Shown one piece after another: positions 48,931-61,200 of a stretch of 64,000 nucleotides of DNA (position 1 is its first letter; the number at the start of each line of letters is the position of its first letter). The stretch is from Iphione sp. A-MEVVRFRX5. Taxonomy: Eukaryota. The stretch lies in contig OZ320313.1 of the NCBI GenBank assembly GCA_976226885.1, positions 66,774,001 to 66,838,000 of the forward strand, in the 5' to 3' direction. The notes under the pieces are model-generated. The model saw only the letters and a program-made list of their open reading frames with translations, was not told the origin of the DNA and searched no databases. The position numbers were made by a program, and so were the translations under genes.

Positions 48931-49391
48931 TGGTGTGCTATCATTTGATAGTGGGATCTGGAAACTGAATTAAGGGTAAATGATGTTCATTGATGGCCCA
49001 TGCTTCGTATGGGTTGGGATCCTTGGATGATTCACCAATCCTGGAAGTCTGGGCTTTATGGGCGCTGGTCTCTGGGCTGACTTGCAGACCATGGCTTGCT
49101 CGGTTTGCGATCCTGTAGATTCTGCTGCTGTGCCCTCTTCTTTGACCAAAATTGGTCCAATTTGTGTTTGAGCTGTTTGTTATGAATTATGAAGCAAAAT
49201 TGGCAGATATGAGAAAATATGACATCATGGACTATATGAGTAGAAGAGTCAGAGCATTTGCCATTATACCAAGCAGGGCAGGGGATGACACTGTCCTTTT
49301 GTGGAGTGGGTCCATCATGACTGTCACTACTGTGGGCATTGATACAATGTTGTTTAATGGACTCAATTCCTGAGGTGTCAGACTAAGTGAG

Positions 49392-49988
49392 TCAGTCATT
49401 ACCTGTGAGCTGCCATATCTTGACCAACCATTCCCTCACTGGTGTCCAGCCACTCGCCTGGACTTCTTCAGCAGTGTCTCTTACATAACTAATAAGAGTG
49501 AGAATGTCAGCATGGAAAACAGTGGAAGGGTCCAATAGTATACCAATAATGACAGAAATACATTGTGTAAAGGTGAACTTTCTCAGATTGGGATTATCTG
49601 TCTCTGATAGTACAACATATGAAGCAGGACGGGCCATTTTCTTATCCACTGTTTCAAGTGTGGCTGGGTACATATGAGTAAATATTTCTTGTATTTTTGA
49701 AGCAACTTCTGTCTTAAGAACAGCAGGTTGTGGCACGTTTGACAATTCACTTGCATTGTCTTCATCTGGGGGTGTGCTTGTGCCAGCAACAGAGGTAGAC
49801 TGGACATCAGCCCTTTTGGATGCCACTGCCCAGGTAGTGACCGACAATGTACTATGTTGTTTCTGGGACTTCTTGGGCTCCTGGGGCTCCATTCTGTCCA
49901 AATGGTGTTTCAGGGTTTTCATTTTTTCGAGCAGCTTGACCAGAATTTCACCATCCTTGTTAGACATCCCTTTCTGGGTATCTGGCAT
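49392..49988 (-). pseudogene. gag-like ORF1 of the Ngaro element (198 aa remnant)
   Basis: Position upstream of RT on the same strand; low-complexity N-part and helical FTFTQCISVIIGILL...SGWTPVREW region. Confidence 0.6.
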
Positions 49989-51085
49989 TGCAGAAGCAGT
50001 TTAGACAGTAGTGACCCAACCAAAGTCAAAACAGCGAATGGTGACCGCACATATGCTAAATATGGCTGCTGGACTAACTGCTGTATATCTGACAGGTGGT
50101 AGCTCTGTATCAAGTCGTAATACCTTGCAATCCCTCTAGGGGAGTAGCTTACAATTTTTCTCATGATAGTTGCTATCTTGCTGCACCTGAAACTGATCAT
50201 TGCAGAATCCAAATACCCAGCTCCATCGTAAAACGCAGGTTTGAGGAAATTCCCTTTCCGAAGATCCTTAACAATGACAAGATACTGTCGACCTCGACAA
50301 ACAAAATATCTCCTTCATATTACTATTGCTTGGAAAGGACAGAACATCAATACCTCGTTGAAGTATTGATATTTGCCATGCTAGCTGAATCGGTATTTAA
50401 TTATAGGTAATAGAAAAGGGAATGCAGATTACCTATCGACAACTGAATAGCTGTAATGATTACATACGTTTTGTGTGGATCTGTTGTCATGCCCATGAGT
50501 GATACTGGCAATGCCTGCTGGTAGGACCTTCTGTCGTCCATTGTGGCCACAATGCGGCTCCAAACTGAAAATCGATGTGACCATAAGAAGCAATAGGACT
50601 AGTCTACTATGTGACGCTGAATGTGGGTTAGAAGAGTGGTCTGAGTACGGCTCGGTCGCCGAGCTCAACACAATAGATGGGTTGATGTGATGTACAGCCT
50701 TCCAGAACGTAAATCTATCACTAACGCATGGGTAGAGAGACACGGAGTTTCAAAAAGTAAATATAACTCACCAAGAATTGTCTCATTCTACCAAAACAGG
50801 GCATTATCTTGTATGACTAAGAAGATTCTGTGTAAGTTGTTTAGTTCCTCCCTGCGAACATGTTTATCTTTTAACCAAACTTTATTAGATAAAGAATGGT
50901 CCATCGTAAAATTGGGAGCAGATGTAAATAGCCGGTTTCCTAAAATGTATGTCATTATGTAGTATATAAATGACTCAAATATACAAATTTACAAATATAG
51001 GAGAAAGGAGTATGAATGTAGTTACAAAAGCTATATAGATTGCCTGTCTGTTCGCTTACAAAATATAATAACGTTGCAATAAAAG

Positions 51086-51243
51086 CAGGCCTGTAGCCAG
51101 GAATTTCTGTAGGGGGTATCGCATGATGCCCCCAATACCACTGAGGTGAGACTCCTATTAACCTATCTCTCTTAGGCCTATAGACATTAATTTTTGTGGG
51201 GGTATCGGACAATACACCCAATACCCCCTTGGCTACCGGCATG
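51086..51243. mobile_element. MITE (CAGGCCCGTAGCCA-type termini), copy 2, short
   Basis: CAGGCCTGTAGCCAGG ... TTGGCTACCGGCATG ends; GGGGGTATCG..ATACCCCC hairpins shared with copies 1 and 3. Confidence 0.8.
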
Positions 51244-54200
51244 AAAAGATCTATTCACGAGGTCAGTCACTGCGTGATGTCACTTTGATCGGGAATAATG
51301 TAAATAGCTTTCAACAAAGGATATAATGTAATTCCAGTAGGTCATAGAACGTCTTATTAGGTGTGCACCTATAACGTAGTGCCTTTTCAAATCTAAATGT
51401 GAAGTATATGAACCTATCGATAGGAATACATATTATCAAATTTAGGTAGGACCTGTCCCATGATGCTATCCACAATGAATCCATACCTTTTAGTTTCATT
51501 GTATCACGCAAAACCGAAGGTTGAGCAATAACTTTAATATTATGCATTCAGGAATTTAAATGAGACTAACAGAATGACTGATACAACGAAGCCACACTAC
51601 TTTTTACTAGTCTTATGTTAATCACCAAGCATGGTCTGAAGGTATTAATACCTTTGTAATTCATCAGCATACAGACTAACGTCGAAATAGTAGTATCAAT
51701 GTTGGTCATGGTAGCCATGATTTGACAAGAAATGCAAGTAAAATGAAAAACTAAGTAATGTGTGAGAGAGCCGCGGAATTCATTGGCGTAACCGAGCCGC
51801 GGAATTCTGAACCAACACCTTTGTTCTCCTGATTAGGTTCCTCTTTTTACAAGTGTCCTTCAGCCTCCATCACCTCGTGTAAGATTTATGTGACAGGCAG
51901 AAATTTGACTTGATTAATGCGGAACGATTTTACATTATTTTATTCAATAGTCGAGACAAGGTTCAACGAATGGGTGGCGAAGCCCGTAGAAAATTTCCTA
52001 ATAACTGTCTGGGTCTCCATATTAGCAACTACTTACTTTGGTGGATCGTTCTTATTGCATTTTGTTCACGTCGCGAAATATTTTCTCAAAGCCAATTTGA
52101 CACAGCTTCATCTTATTATTATAAATTTGTCATCTCCACGAGAATTAAAACCATCGGCGTGGTATTGGCAATATTCCTGCCGTTGATACAAGTGTGCTCG
52201 ACATTCGATTGTTGATCGTTGATTGTTCATCAAGCCCTTGGTGAGAGGATATTGATCAGATTGATGGCATTGATTTTTATGAATGTATTGATCTGATCCA
52301 CAAAAATGTATTTGTAAAAGATATGTGTATTTTTTATGATGGAAATCATCCGAAAATGCTTCAGATCTCTCTATAATATCACCCTATGATATTTGTCTAC
52401 ATTAATTAAGGTAGAGTATCCCCTTTCCTTTTTCAACTATGGCCAATCTTTGGTTGGAATATCGACTGTGTGGAATAATGACCTTTTACAATTGTTCTGT
52501 CTCCTGGACCAAATAAGCAAGTTACAAATGCGTGTAGTATACATAATCCTGTCTATTAATAAGTACATTTGTAATTGATAAATGCTTTTGGCGTGTGGAG
52601 CCGTTGAGGAAAGAGTATTGCGCCTTTTGCAATTCTTTCTTCATTTCATATGACCCAACAGACGTGTACATGCACAAGCAGATATATTTCTGGACATATT
52701 TACTTATAGCGTGTACCGTTATTGCACCAGATGAAGTGACAGAGAGGATAGGGGTCCCACCTAGAAAAAGTGCAATGAAGCTAAGAAACCATATTAACAC
52801 CTTCCCTTTGAGTGGTAGGTAAGTGGTCACACCTCATACCTGGCTTGAAGAGTTATGAGGAGGAAGAATATTCCTGGAACAAAATGTGAGAAGATTGTGA
52901 TTGCACCTCTAGGAGTTGCAAGAGAACCTGAGGATTCATTGCCACACTTTCCTAACAAACAGAAGGCGAGGGGTCCCACGTCTGTTTCACCTTTTTTAAT
53001 AGATTTTTATATAATAAAGTGTAGATGGAACAACGCCACCCGATGCAAATATGTGTAGACTACCGGGGTTTTCAAAAGCGAGGTTTGTTTTTTTACTAAG
53101 CATGGGGACTTTCGGTTATGCCGTTATTTGACAAGAATTCGCACGGCAATGTTATATTCGTTCTTTCGGTGTATATTTTATACATGAATGACAATGGGGC
53201 AAGATTTATCAAGTACATAGTGCTTCTACCTAACAGACTTGCCAAGGTTGCTGCATGATGAATGGGCAGCATACTGGGGAAGCATAGATCTGAATTTTGT
53301 TATTGCAATGTTTTCTCTACACTGTGTTGCCAAGACATCAACTGCTTCAAGAATGGAGTGTTCTGAGACTCTCTGACAAGCCCCTACGTAAAGCCGATGT
53401 GGTCGAACCTTATCTGATCAATCAGTACGAATTGTCCCTAAGAGACGCCATTTTTGAATGCTGGTATCAAACTGATGTGGAAGACCAGAGCACACCAGCA
53501 GTTAGGTCTTACGGGTGCGATATTTATTTCCAGATCGTGTCGAAGGTATTTTCACACGTTTAGGGGAGTTTGTAATGTCAACCTTTTGGATATCAATATT
53601 AACCGTTCGTTTAATTGGTGAAATAGGCTTAAACAGTTGGGTAAATTTAATGCAGGGTCGCGGATGTTCTTCCCATGGGAAGCATTCGTGTCGGGAAACA
53701 ATCACGTTTGCTTGGGTGTTACCATTAGCCGAATTCTGAAAACAATATCCTTCTGATGTAACGGCCAATCGTTTAGGCGTGCAGTTAATTGTAGATAGGA
53801 TGCTTTCGTTAATTTCATAATCCAATACCAGTTCTCATTTCATATTTCGCATCTCATATATTGTTATCCTCAAGAGACAAACAGGTATTTATGGTGATTC
53901 ATGTGTTATGGTGCATGTCAAATCTCACAAGGTATTTCAAGAAGACAAGAAGACAGATTGCTGTTGTCTATATTTACTTAGATGAGTGCCTGTGTTGGTA
54001 ACAATCGATTCCAATTTTTTCCATAACCAACAAAGGACTTGCTCATCTGATTTTGTTCGCATAGAATATCCAACAAATAAAGCAGCCCTATGTGTGTCAG
54101 ACAATCGATAAACTGTTCCTGTTTATGTCAGCGAGGTATTAGCGTCACGAATACGAATATTAGGCGTTCCTTGGCTGTGAATACGCAGCGTTTCTTCCCC

Positions 54201-54543
54201 TGGATTAGATGATCCATCACCTCTCGGCTTGATTGAGAGCTTTGCGTGCATTATAAGGAACCCGTTCATATTAATAGCTCGCTCATATCCCGGTCTACGT
54301 CGAGACTCCAATTTCCACCGACTGCCCCTTCTGAATTGATCGCATGTAGACCTCAGTAGGCAAACGTCTTGTGAGCAGTAATAAAAAAAATATGATTTCT
54401 CTTCTTCAAATTTGTTTAGCAAGCGAACAAAGCACACGTAACCAGGACTGTTTTCATTTCGTTGGTAAGAAAATCACCTTGATCACTTATTCCTTCAGTT
54501 TATTTAAGCTGGCATAATTGACTCGACACCTTCTTCTTTGTAG

Positions 54544-55035
54544 ATTGTCGAGCTGCTCCTGGACCGGACTGAGCCAAAGAAGCTCTACGAGGCGCTGCTG
54601 CTCGCCATCAGCCTTGACCATGACGAAATCGCCGAGGTGATACTTAAGCATCCCATCTATGAGAAGCTTGAGAAGCAGGAAGAGGTGTACTCCTCCAGCA
54701 ATTTCTACCTCTCACTTGTCAGCGAGGACTCCCAATTTACCGCCGAGACCACGCCACTGATCCTTGCCGCGCAACGGAACCGCTTCGAGATAGTGTCGCT
54801 GCTCATTCGACGGGGACAGCGCATCGAGAAGCCACACGAATACAGCTGCAAGTGTCACCACTGTAAGGCTAAGGTGGCTCTTGATGAGCTCCGCTACGCC
54901 AAGTCGAGACTAAATGCCTACAAGGGACTGTCAAGTGAAGCGTACATCTCGCTCTCTAGCGATGACCCTGTGCTCACTGCCTTTGAGCTTGGCCAGGAGC
55001 TAAGGCACGTAGCGGCCAGGGAGAAACACTACAGG
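54544..55035 (+). CDS. TRPC: TRPC exon: ankyrin repeats, TRP_2 zinc motif and helical linker
   Basis: IVELLL...EALLLAI...DSQFTAETTPLILAAQRNRFEIVSLL...PHEYSCKCHHC...SRLNAYKGLSSEAYISLSSDDPVLTAFELGQEL; TTCTTTGTAG| and |GTGAGT; 492 nt, phase 0/0. Confidence 0.97.
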
Positions 55036-57025
55036 GTGAGTAGATAATGAACTCCCTCATTTTACATTAATTTGGTGCTAGTTCAGTCAACCAGATCTGG
55101 CAAACAGATAATTACGAGACATACCGTCTCTCTAAAACCGCTTGTGGATATTTCACGTGTCCGAGATTTAGAGGAATACCGTCCTTGTTTTAACCTGAGG
55201 CCATTTTAAATAGAAAGGCAGAATCTAAAGTGTTAACAATTCTCCAATTAATATGGCAGTCATCCTATGGAAGCAAACAATAAAGGTTGAGGAGATTCAA
55301 GTTTTAAAAAAGTGAATGATCGTCGGAAGCCCGTGATATTCCAAACAAACACTCTTCCTCATCCATTAGATGTCGCACATTACACTATACAAATAGTACA
55401 TAAAAGGTAAGGAAACAATGAAGCTTTTTATTTTCACAAGCCAGCATTCTAGAGGCTCTACTCTCTTAGATTATGAGTGTGTGGGGGGAGCGGGATATAA
55501 GTCTGCTTGGTATTAGGTTAGGTCAATTATACATTTGCTCCATCCTGTAATAACCAGGGGAAAATTCGCATAAATTTAAGCATGGCGAACACTTTTAACA
55601 GAGACTTCAAAATCTATATTTGGGGTTTTTTTCCCACTGTAGTGCGAACCACCAATTACGTTGCATTGCTGGTCCTCCTATAAGGCGTTTGTTTTTGTGT
55701 TTGGTAACGTCTTTATTGCAAACTACCTACTGTAGCATAGTTATTGAAAACACTTGTACCTGATGTAATTGTGCCAATTCGTAGCTAATTAGGCCAAAGG
55801 CTAATGAGCCCTCCTTCAAAGGAGCCACGATCGAAGTACTAGTTTGATGCGTCGATCGTCCTACCCGAATGAGTTTAGCACGCTTCGGTCCGTATAACGT
55901 CATAGTGAAATACAAAGTATTTCTTAGGATTGCCCTCTGCTAGTTGAATTAATCGGGTTCGATGTAGTCGTTGTAGAAAGTATGGAAATGTATACTAATT
56001 GAACGGACATTTTATGAGTGGCTGGTGTAAATATTTATACCGTAGATCCACTATATAGACTGATAGAAAAGGTTTCTTACTATACCTGTCCTGTCCGAAA
56101 ACATGCAGTTATATACATGTACCTCAGAACAGAATATACCTATTGATCCGTGAGCCACCCAAAACGTTGCTTTCGAGTATTTGGCCATGAGTTGCAAATA
56201 TATGAATTTTCATACATAGTCGGTGAAACTCCTGGAGAGAGTCTTTCGTATTACCTCCAGGGTCCTAGCGTTTTTAGAGCAGGTGAAGACCGTCCCGGTG
56301 TGGGGCGCACTTGCTGGCTGCACGAAGCAGCGCGTGTTAATAAAACAAGCAACGTCACGTTGCCTTCCACAGCTCCAAACTCACCTGTTTTCATTTGCGG
56401 GACGGAAATACGACGGCATTAGCAATAATTGTGATATGTCAAGTTATGTTCAAGTTCTCGTCTTTTTTTTTACAATCAATCAACTAAACATATGCTTCCG
56501 GCACTTATGTGCATAACACAGACAAATTTTAATCATGAGTCTAGTAAGGTAAAACTAAAATGTAGAATGCATAACAGCGATATGAAAGGTCTACTACTTT
56601 ATCCAAAATGATGCTTCTTTTTATGTATTTTTTCATTATCTAGGGTGGAGTAGAGGGTAAAACTAGGAAGGATTTTTAACCAGCGCTAGTAGTACTTTGT
56701 GTAGATCAGATGTGATCTCCAACACGTGTGGAACTCGAATACTGAGTGTATGTTTTGCACAAATGTGTGATAAGGAAGTATAATTCAGTGCAGATTTGTG
56801 CGCTCCGTGATGCTCTTGAAGTGAATATGGTAATCACAAAAAAATACTGTCAATTAATCATATTACACTGTCCTTGTAGGTGTGGCCTGAACTTTTTGTC
56901 GGGCCTTTCACTAGCTAGGTTCACGTGATGCCTACGTGTGTTTTACACTTAAACGCTTCTTATTACCTGTGGCGAAGGTTGAGTATACGTTCTATATTCC
57001 ACAATCTTTCTTTTACCTGCTCTAG

Positions 57026-57202
57026 GGGGAGTACGAAGGATTAGCTAAGAAGCTGAGTGAGTATGTAGTCAAGCTGATAGACCACGTTCGTGGGAACGAC
57101 GAACTGGATATAATACTCAACGAAAGGGTGGATGGCCATGGCATGGACAACCATGGGAAGCTGACGAGACTGAAGTTGGCGCTGAAATTTAATGAAAAGC
57201 AG
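57026..57202 (+). CDS. TRPC: TRPC exon: linker helices (GEYEGLAKKLSEYVVKLIDHVRGNDELDIILN...LTRLKLALKFNEKQ)
   Basis: Conserved TRPC EY..L....L/RLKLA motifs; TTTTACCTGCTCTAG| and |GTGAGA; 177 nt, phase 0/0. Confidence 0.95.
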
Positions 57203-58495
57203 GTGAGAACATATATGTTTCTATACAGATTCACAACCCTGTCATGCAAGCATGCAAATCAAAATGCATGACCACTTAAGTGGCCATAAGTTACGCTCAA
57301 ACTAAAGAACATGTAAGCAATGCTATTTGACATTCCACTTCCGTTATAGAAAGTATCTTGACACTGACCTTAAAAAGACTAATAATGGAAATACTACAGC
57401 CATTGGGGCTACCTAATCAGTAACTTTGGGTTCTTTATAGCACAGATAATTCAAACATACCCCTTTGGATCAGCGAGATCCTTCATCTGGCAGCTTTACA
57501 CTTGATCACGAAACTGCTGTCACCAGCTCATCCACGTCAAAGTGGAGAACGCTGTTTGGGTTTCCACTCTATTATCCCAAGATCTCCCGTAGGTAGGAAT
57601 GTTCCTGCAGGAGATATCCACCATGTCTTGTCTACCGATATATCCATATCCACTCGATATTTTCCACGTTCCCTTTCTACCTCAAGATGTTATCGCTTGG
57701 CACGAATGATGAATTATGCCACAATGTCCAGATTTTCCTGGCAGGGTAAAGAAGAATGACAATATTTAGTCTGACTCGTTTTATATACCAGCCCACCTGC
57801 CAAGATTGAACGGCTGGGTCCATCGCATTGAATCGTTGTGTTGCCTTTTTGTGTATTTCTTGTCAATTCGTCTTTCAATACCGCCTGGAAAGCAAGCTTT
57901 CAAAGAGCGATTGTGCAAAATGCTGAAGAAAGAAATAACTGTTTTTCGCTACGTTTTCGCACGTTGTATTTGTACACTGACCGCGTCTCTATTTGTAACT
58001 GAGTTTGGTTCCAACAGGATTGTGTCCAGAAAGAAGACACAACGTCCAATGCGGAGTGAGGTTGACACTTGCTTTTTCATTAATTCACTTTCAATCATTT
58101 GAACAAATAAAACATGGCTTGTGTTCTTCATGATAGCTAGTGGCAATCGTCTGGACATAACGAATGCAATTCCTACAGCAATTTCAACTTCATCACAGCT
58201 ATCTGTATCGAGTGGCATTTTAAGCAATGTGGGCTGGGTAAAAACTGTGTATGGGCATTGCTCAGACATCAAGTACGTGTCATGGACGACGATGGCCCGA
58301 CCACATACAGACGAACAATAACATGAAAAATGTCGGCGAGTTCTGGCGCCCAGGTTTTCTTCCTCTGTGCTATATGGTTTTAGTCAGCATTTGTAGCTTC
58401 CTTCTCACATAATCGAAGGGGGTGCGGTGACCTACAAATAAATAGGCAGCTGGATATTTACCCCTCCTAATATTGGCTTCTGTCTCTCCTTACAG

Positions 58496-58660
58496 TTCGT
58501 GGCGCATCCGAGCTGCCAGAAGAAATTGACGTCCATCTGGTATGGCGATGTTCACGCTTTCCAGCGCCTCCCCAAAGTCCTCATGCCACTTTCCATATTC
58601 CTCCTCACGACAGTCTTTCCCGTTCTCGCTGTGATATATCTCATCGCCCCTAAGTCCAAG
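58496..58660 (+). CDS. TRPC: TRPC exon: pre-S1 region (FVAHPSCQKKLTSIWYG...FPVLAVIYLIAPKSK)
   Basis: FVAHP.CQ..L..IWY signature; TCTCTCCTTACAG| and |GTGAGT; 165 nt, phase 0/0. Confidence 0.97.
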
Positions 58661-58967
58661 GTGAGTACCACTGAACTGGGGATGATCGACCTTCATCTTG
58701 GCGAATGGCAGTCAAGTAGGGTCTGATGGATAGGTTCATGGCTTGTGTTTGTTTAATATAGATATATCACTTGGTGGAGCGAGCATTCACTTTCTAGAGA
58801 TAATAACATGATTTTGCTAAATATCAAGAAAGACTCCTATGATTATAATGTTGAATTCACAACCATGAATAACCGTGCACTGGTCTTTTCTCCATGGACA
58901 AACGTAACTGTAAGGTTTGTCAGCTGAGGACAATACCGCCACAGTAATATATTATTGTCTTTTTTAG

Positions 58968-59244
58968 GTCGGATCTTTCCTGCGCACGCCCTTCATCAAG
59001 TTTGTTCTCAACTCGGTGGCCTTCTTTGTTTTCCTTGCGCTAATCGTGACATTCAGCTTTACCGAAAAGCCATCGGCAGGCAGCGCCAAAGACACCAAGC
59101 ATGCGCTTGGCCTCCAGAACTTCCACGAATTCTATAGGCTTTACCGCAACAACCTATCAGCGCCCTACAAAAATTTCCATCGGCTCTATCTGCGCGAGTT
59201 CAGGCCAGGGATCTACCAGCTGCTCATCTGTCTATGGATCGTCG
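58968..59244 (+). CDS. TRPC: TRPC exon: S1, extracellular loop and S2 (VGSFLRTPFIKFVLNSVAFFVFLALIV...PGIYQLLICLWIV-G)
   Basis: PFIKF motif and two hydrophobic helices; TTGTCTTTTTTAG| and |GTGAGT; 277 nt, phase 0/1. Confidence 0.95.
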
Positions 59245-59977
59245 GTGAGTCGCTTGATCATGGCCCTCGCCTTCCTGCTCTTCCCACCTTACCTTATTAT
59301 TGCGTCGCGCATGTGCTGCTCCTCCAGTGCGTGTGGTGTCCCACCATAAATGCGTGATACCATGTTTTCCATGATGTTTGTAATGGTATATAAGAATATC
59401 TTCCTCCCTCCATCGTCCACTTCCCATGTTTTATCACCAAACTAGATTTTGAATATTTTCTGCAGAAAATGCAAAATCCATCTCAATCCATTCATGTAGC
59501 TCTCGCTTGCCAGCAGTCATTACTCCAAGCGGGGCCACTGTCCAATCTTTAAGTGCAGAAACTTTTTCTTCTGATCTCAGGCTTCCGGTGTCGAATTCCC
59601 CGATAATTATACCCAGTATTGAAACGCCGAAACAGTGAGAAAGTATGGCCCAATCCATCTCGCTTCATTCACAAAGGATTATTATTTTATATTTAACAGT
59701 ACTATGGTTTCCGTTTATGGAAGGATGAGCAACGATGAATTTTCTGATAAAAGGGTGTGTGCCACAAGTTGTTTGTGTTATTCACGCTCTTATGGAAGTT
59801 TAGAAGACTAAATTCTGCAAAACACAGCCAAAGTAATCATTTTGATCTCACGGTTTATGGCAGACATCATGCACAGGATAATTTAGGAACTTTTTCATTT
59901 GTTTCATTTTCTTGGGTTCACTCATGGATGTATGCATAGAGGCCAAATCAAGAAAAACGTCAGACTTAATGTATATA

Positions 59978-60404
59978 CAGGCCCGTAGCCAAGGGGGTAT
60001 TGGGGGTATCGTCCGATACCTCCCCCCCCACACACACAGAAGCCAGGAGTTCCACCTCTCAATGACCATAGCCAAGGAAGTATCATGAGAAAGAGGGAAA
60101 GACAGAGGGCAGAGAGAGAGAGAGAAAGAGAGAGAGGGTAGAGAGAGAGGGGGAGAAAAAGAGAGAGAGGGCAGGGAGAGAGGGCAGATAGAAAGAGAGG
60201 GAGGGCAGAGAGAGAGGGCAGAGAGAGATGGAGAAAAAGAGAGAGAGCAGAGAGGCAGAGAGAGAAGGCAGAAAGAGAGAGAAGAAGGAATACCTCTCTA
60301 ACCAGGAGTTCCACCTCTCTAACCAGAAGTGCCACCTGTCTAGCTAAGAGTTCCACCTCTCTAATTTGAGATATCCCCCACAAGACTTCCTGGCTTCGGG
60401 CCTG
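59978..60404 (+). mobile_element. MITE (CAGGCCCGTAGCCA-type termini), copy 3
   Basis: CAGGCCCGTAGCCAAGG ... CCTGGCTTCGGGCCTG in TA-rich flanks; hairpin, AG tract and three tandem 21-bp CCAGGAGTTCCACCTCTCTAA-like units. Confidence 0.85.
60087..60290. repeat. Compound (AG)-rich microsatellite inside MITE
   Basis: Directly visible purine-only tract with occasional C. Confidence 0.95.
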
Positions 60405-60736
60405 ATATATATATATATTTACATATGGCAATTTAAAAGAATTTATGCATTAACAGTAACATCCCTATCAAAGACTAATCACAAAAATCGTGAAGCCGAA
60501 CTGATAGGATATATTGATAGGAGCTTTTACCTATTACTGGCGCATGTTGACTGAATTTACTGATCAAAAACATATTCCAAAAGACAAAGAAAATAATAAC
60601 TTGAACACATCTAAACAAAGAATAGTCTATTATTTAATTTCTTTGCTCGAGAAACCCCCATCTGGTCATTCACCAGCTCTCTTTACAAAATCCATTCCGA
60701 AATATCACTAACAGAAACACGAAGTGCTTCAACCCA

Positions 60737-61200
60737 ATGGCACTAGATGCGTATCTGCATGAAAAGAATTGGCATGATGTATATAGAACAGTGGACCCCA
60801 ACCTATTCATACACAAGATACCACTTGTACATCACGGCCAAAGACAAGAGTGCATATATAAACTGTACACCGGACCCTTTATTATTTTACTCTTTTCAAC
60901 ACAATTTACAAACCCTCTCTCAAAACTGACATACGTACAATATAGTCACTTCTTTGATTTTCCTCTATTGATTATTTTTTGTATTGGATTTGTGTTGTTG
61001 TTACCGTTAGCATGAATATTTTCGGGTTTTGCATCATTACATCAGTACCAGAGTGCTGTCATCCTGTTTCAACTCTAATAACTTGAGCACGCCGTATATT
61101 TCTTCGGGGGAGAAAACTGATGCTCTCGATTCTTCTCCGAACCTCAGTACGCTCACCTTTATGATAGTGCCACATGCAGAGCAGTCACCAGTTAACCTTT
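60737..61200. mobile_element. Possible scraps of old LINE ORF2
   Basis: Plus-strand LHEKNWHDVYRTVDPN and minus-strand VFSPEEIYGVLKLL resemble the APE-RT linker of CR1/L2 elements; short and diverged. Confidence 0.3.

Larger units (their letters stand above)
45480..50000 (-). mobile_element. Ngaro/DIRS-group tyrosine-recombinase retrotransposon, degenerate
   Basis: Collinear gag-like ORF, RT, RNase H and tyrosine recombinase remnants, all on the minus strand; terminal repeats not identified. Confidence 0.92.

Noticed and set aside
45130-50420. Ngaro split direct repeats or DIRS inverted terminal repeats
   Set aside because: No matching segments seen by eye between the two ends, so the element limits remain approximate.
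51768-51807. 14-bp direct repeat GAGCCGCGGAATTC separated by 12 nt
   Set aside because: Only two copies and no associated structure; likely local slippage.
57057-57062. Internal GTGAGT donor within the TRPC exon
   Set aside because: Weak exonic context (TGA|); use would frameshift and remove conserved residues; no supporting evidence.
57440-57760. Gypsy integrase zinc-finger-like peptide on the minus strand
   Set aside because: GHCG and SCQ fragments have the wrong spacing, and no RT or integrase core is nearby.
59245-59357. ORF extension past the S2 exon donor
   Set aside because: Read-through into the intron after a consensus GTGAGT donor; the peptide is not TRPC-like.
59922-60431. 169-aa minus-strand ORF
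   Set aside because: Leu/Ser-rich translation of the AG microsatellite and MITE tandem units.
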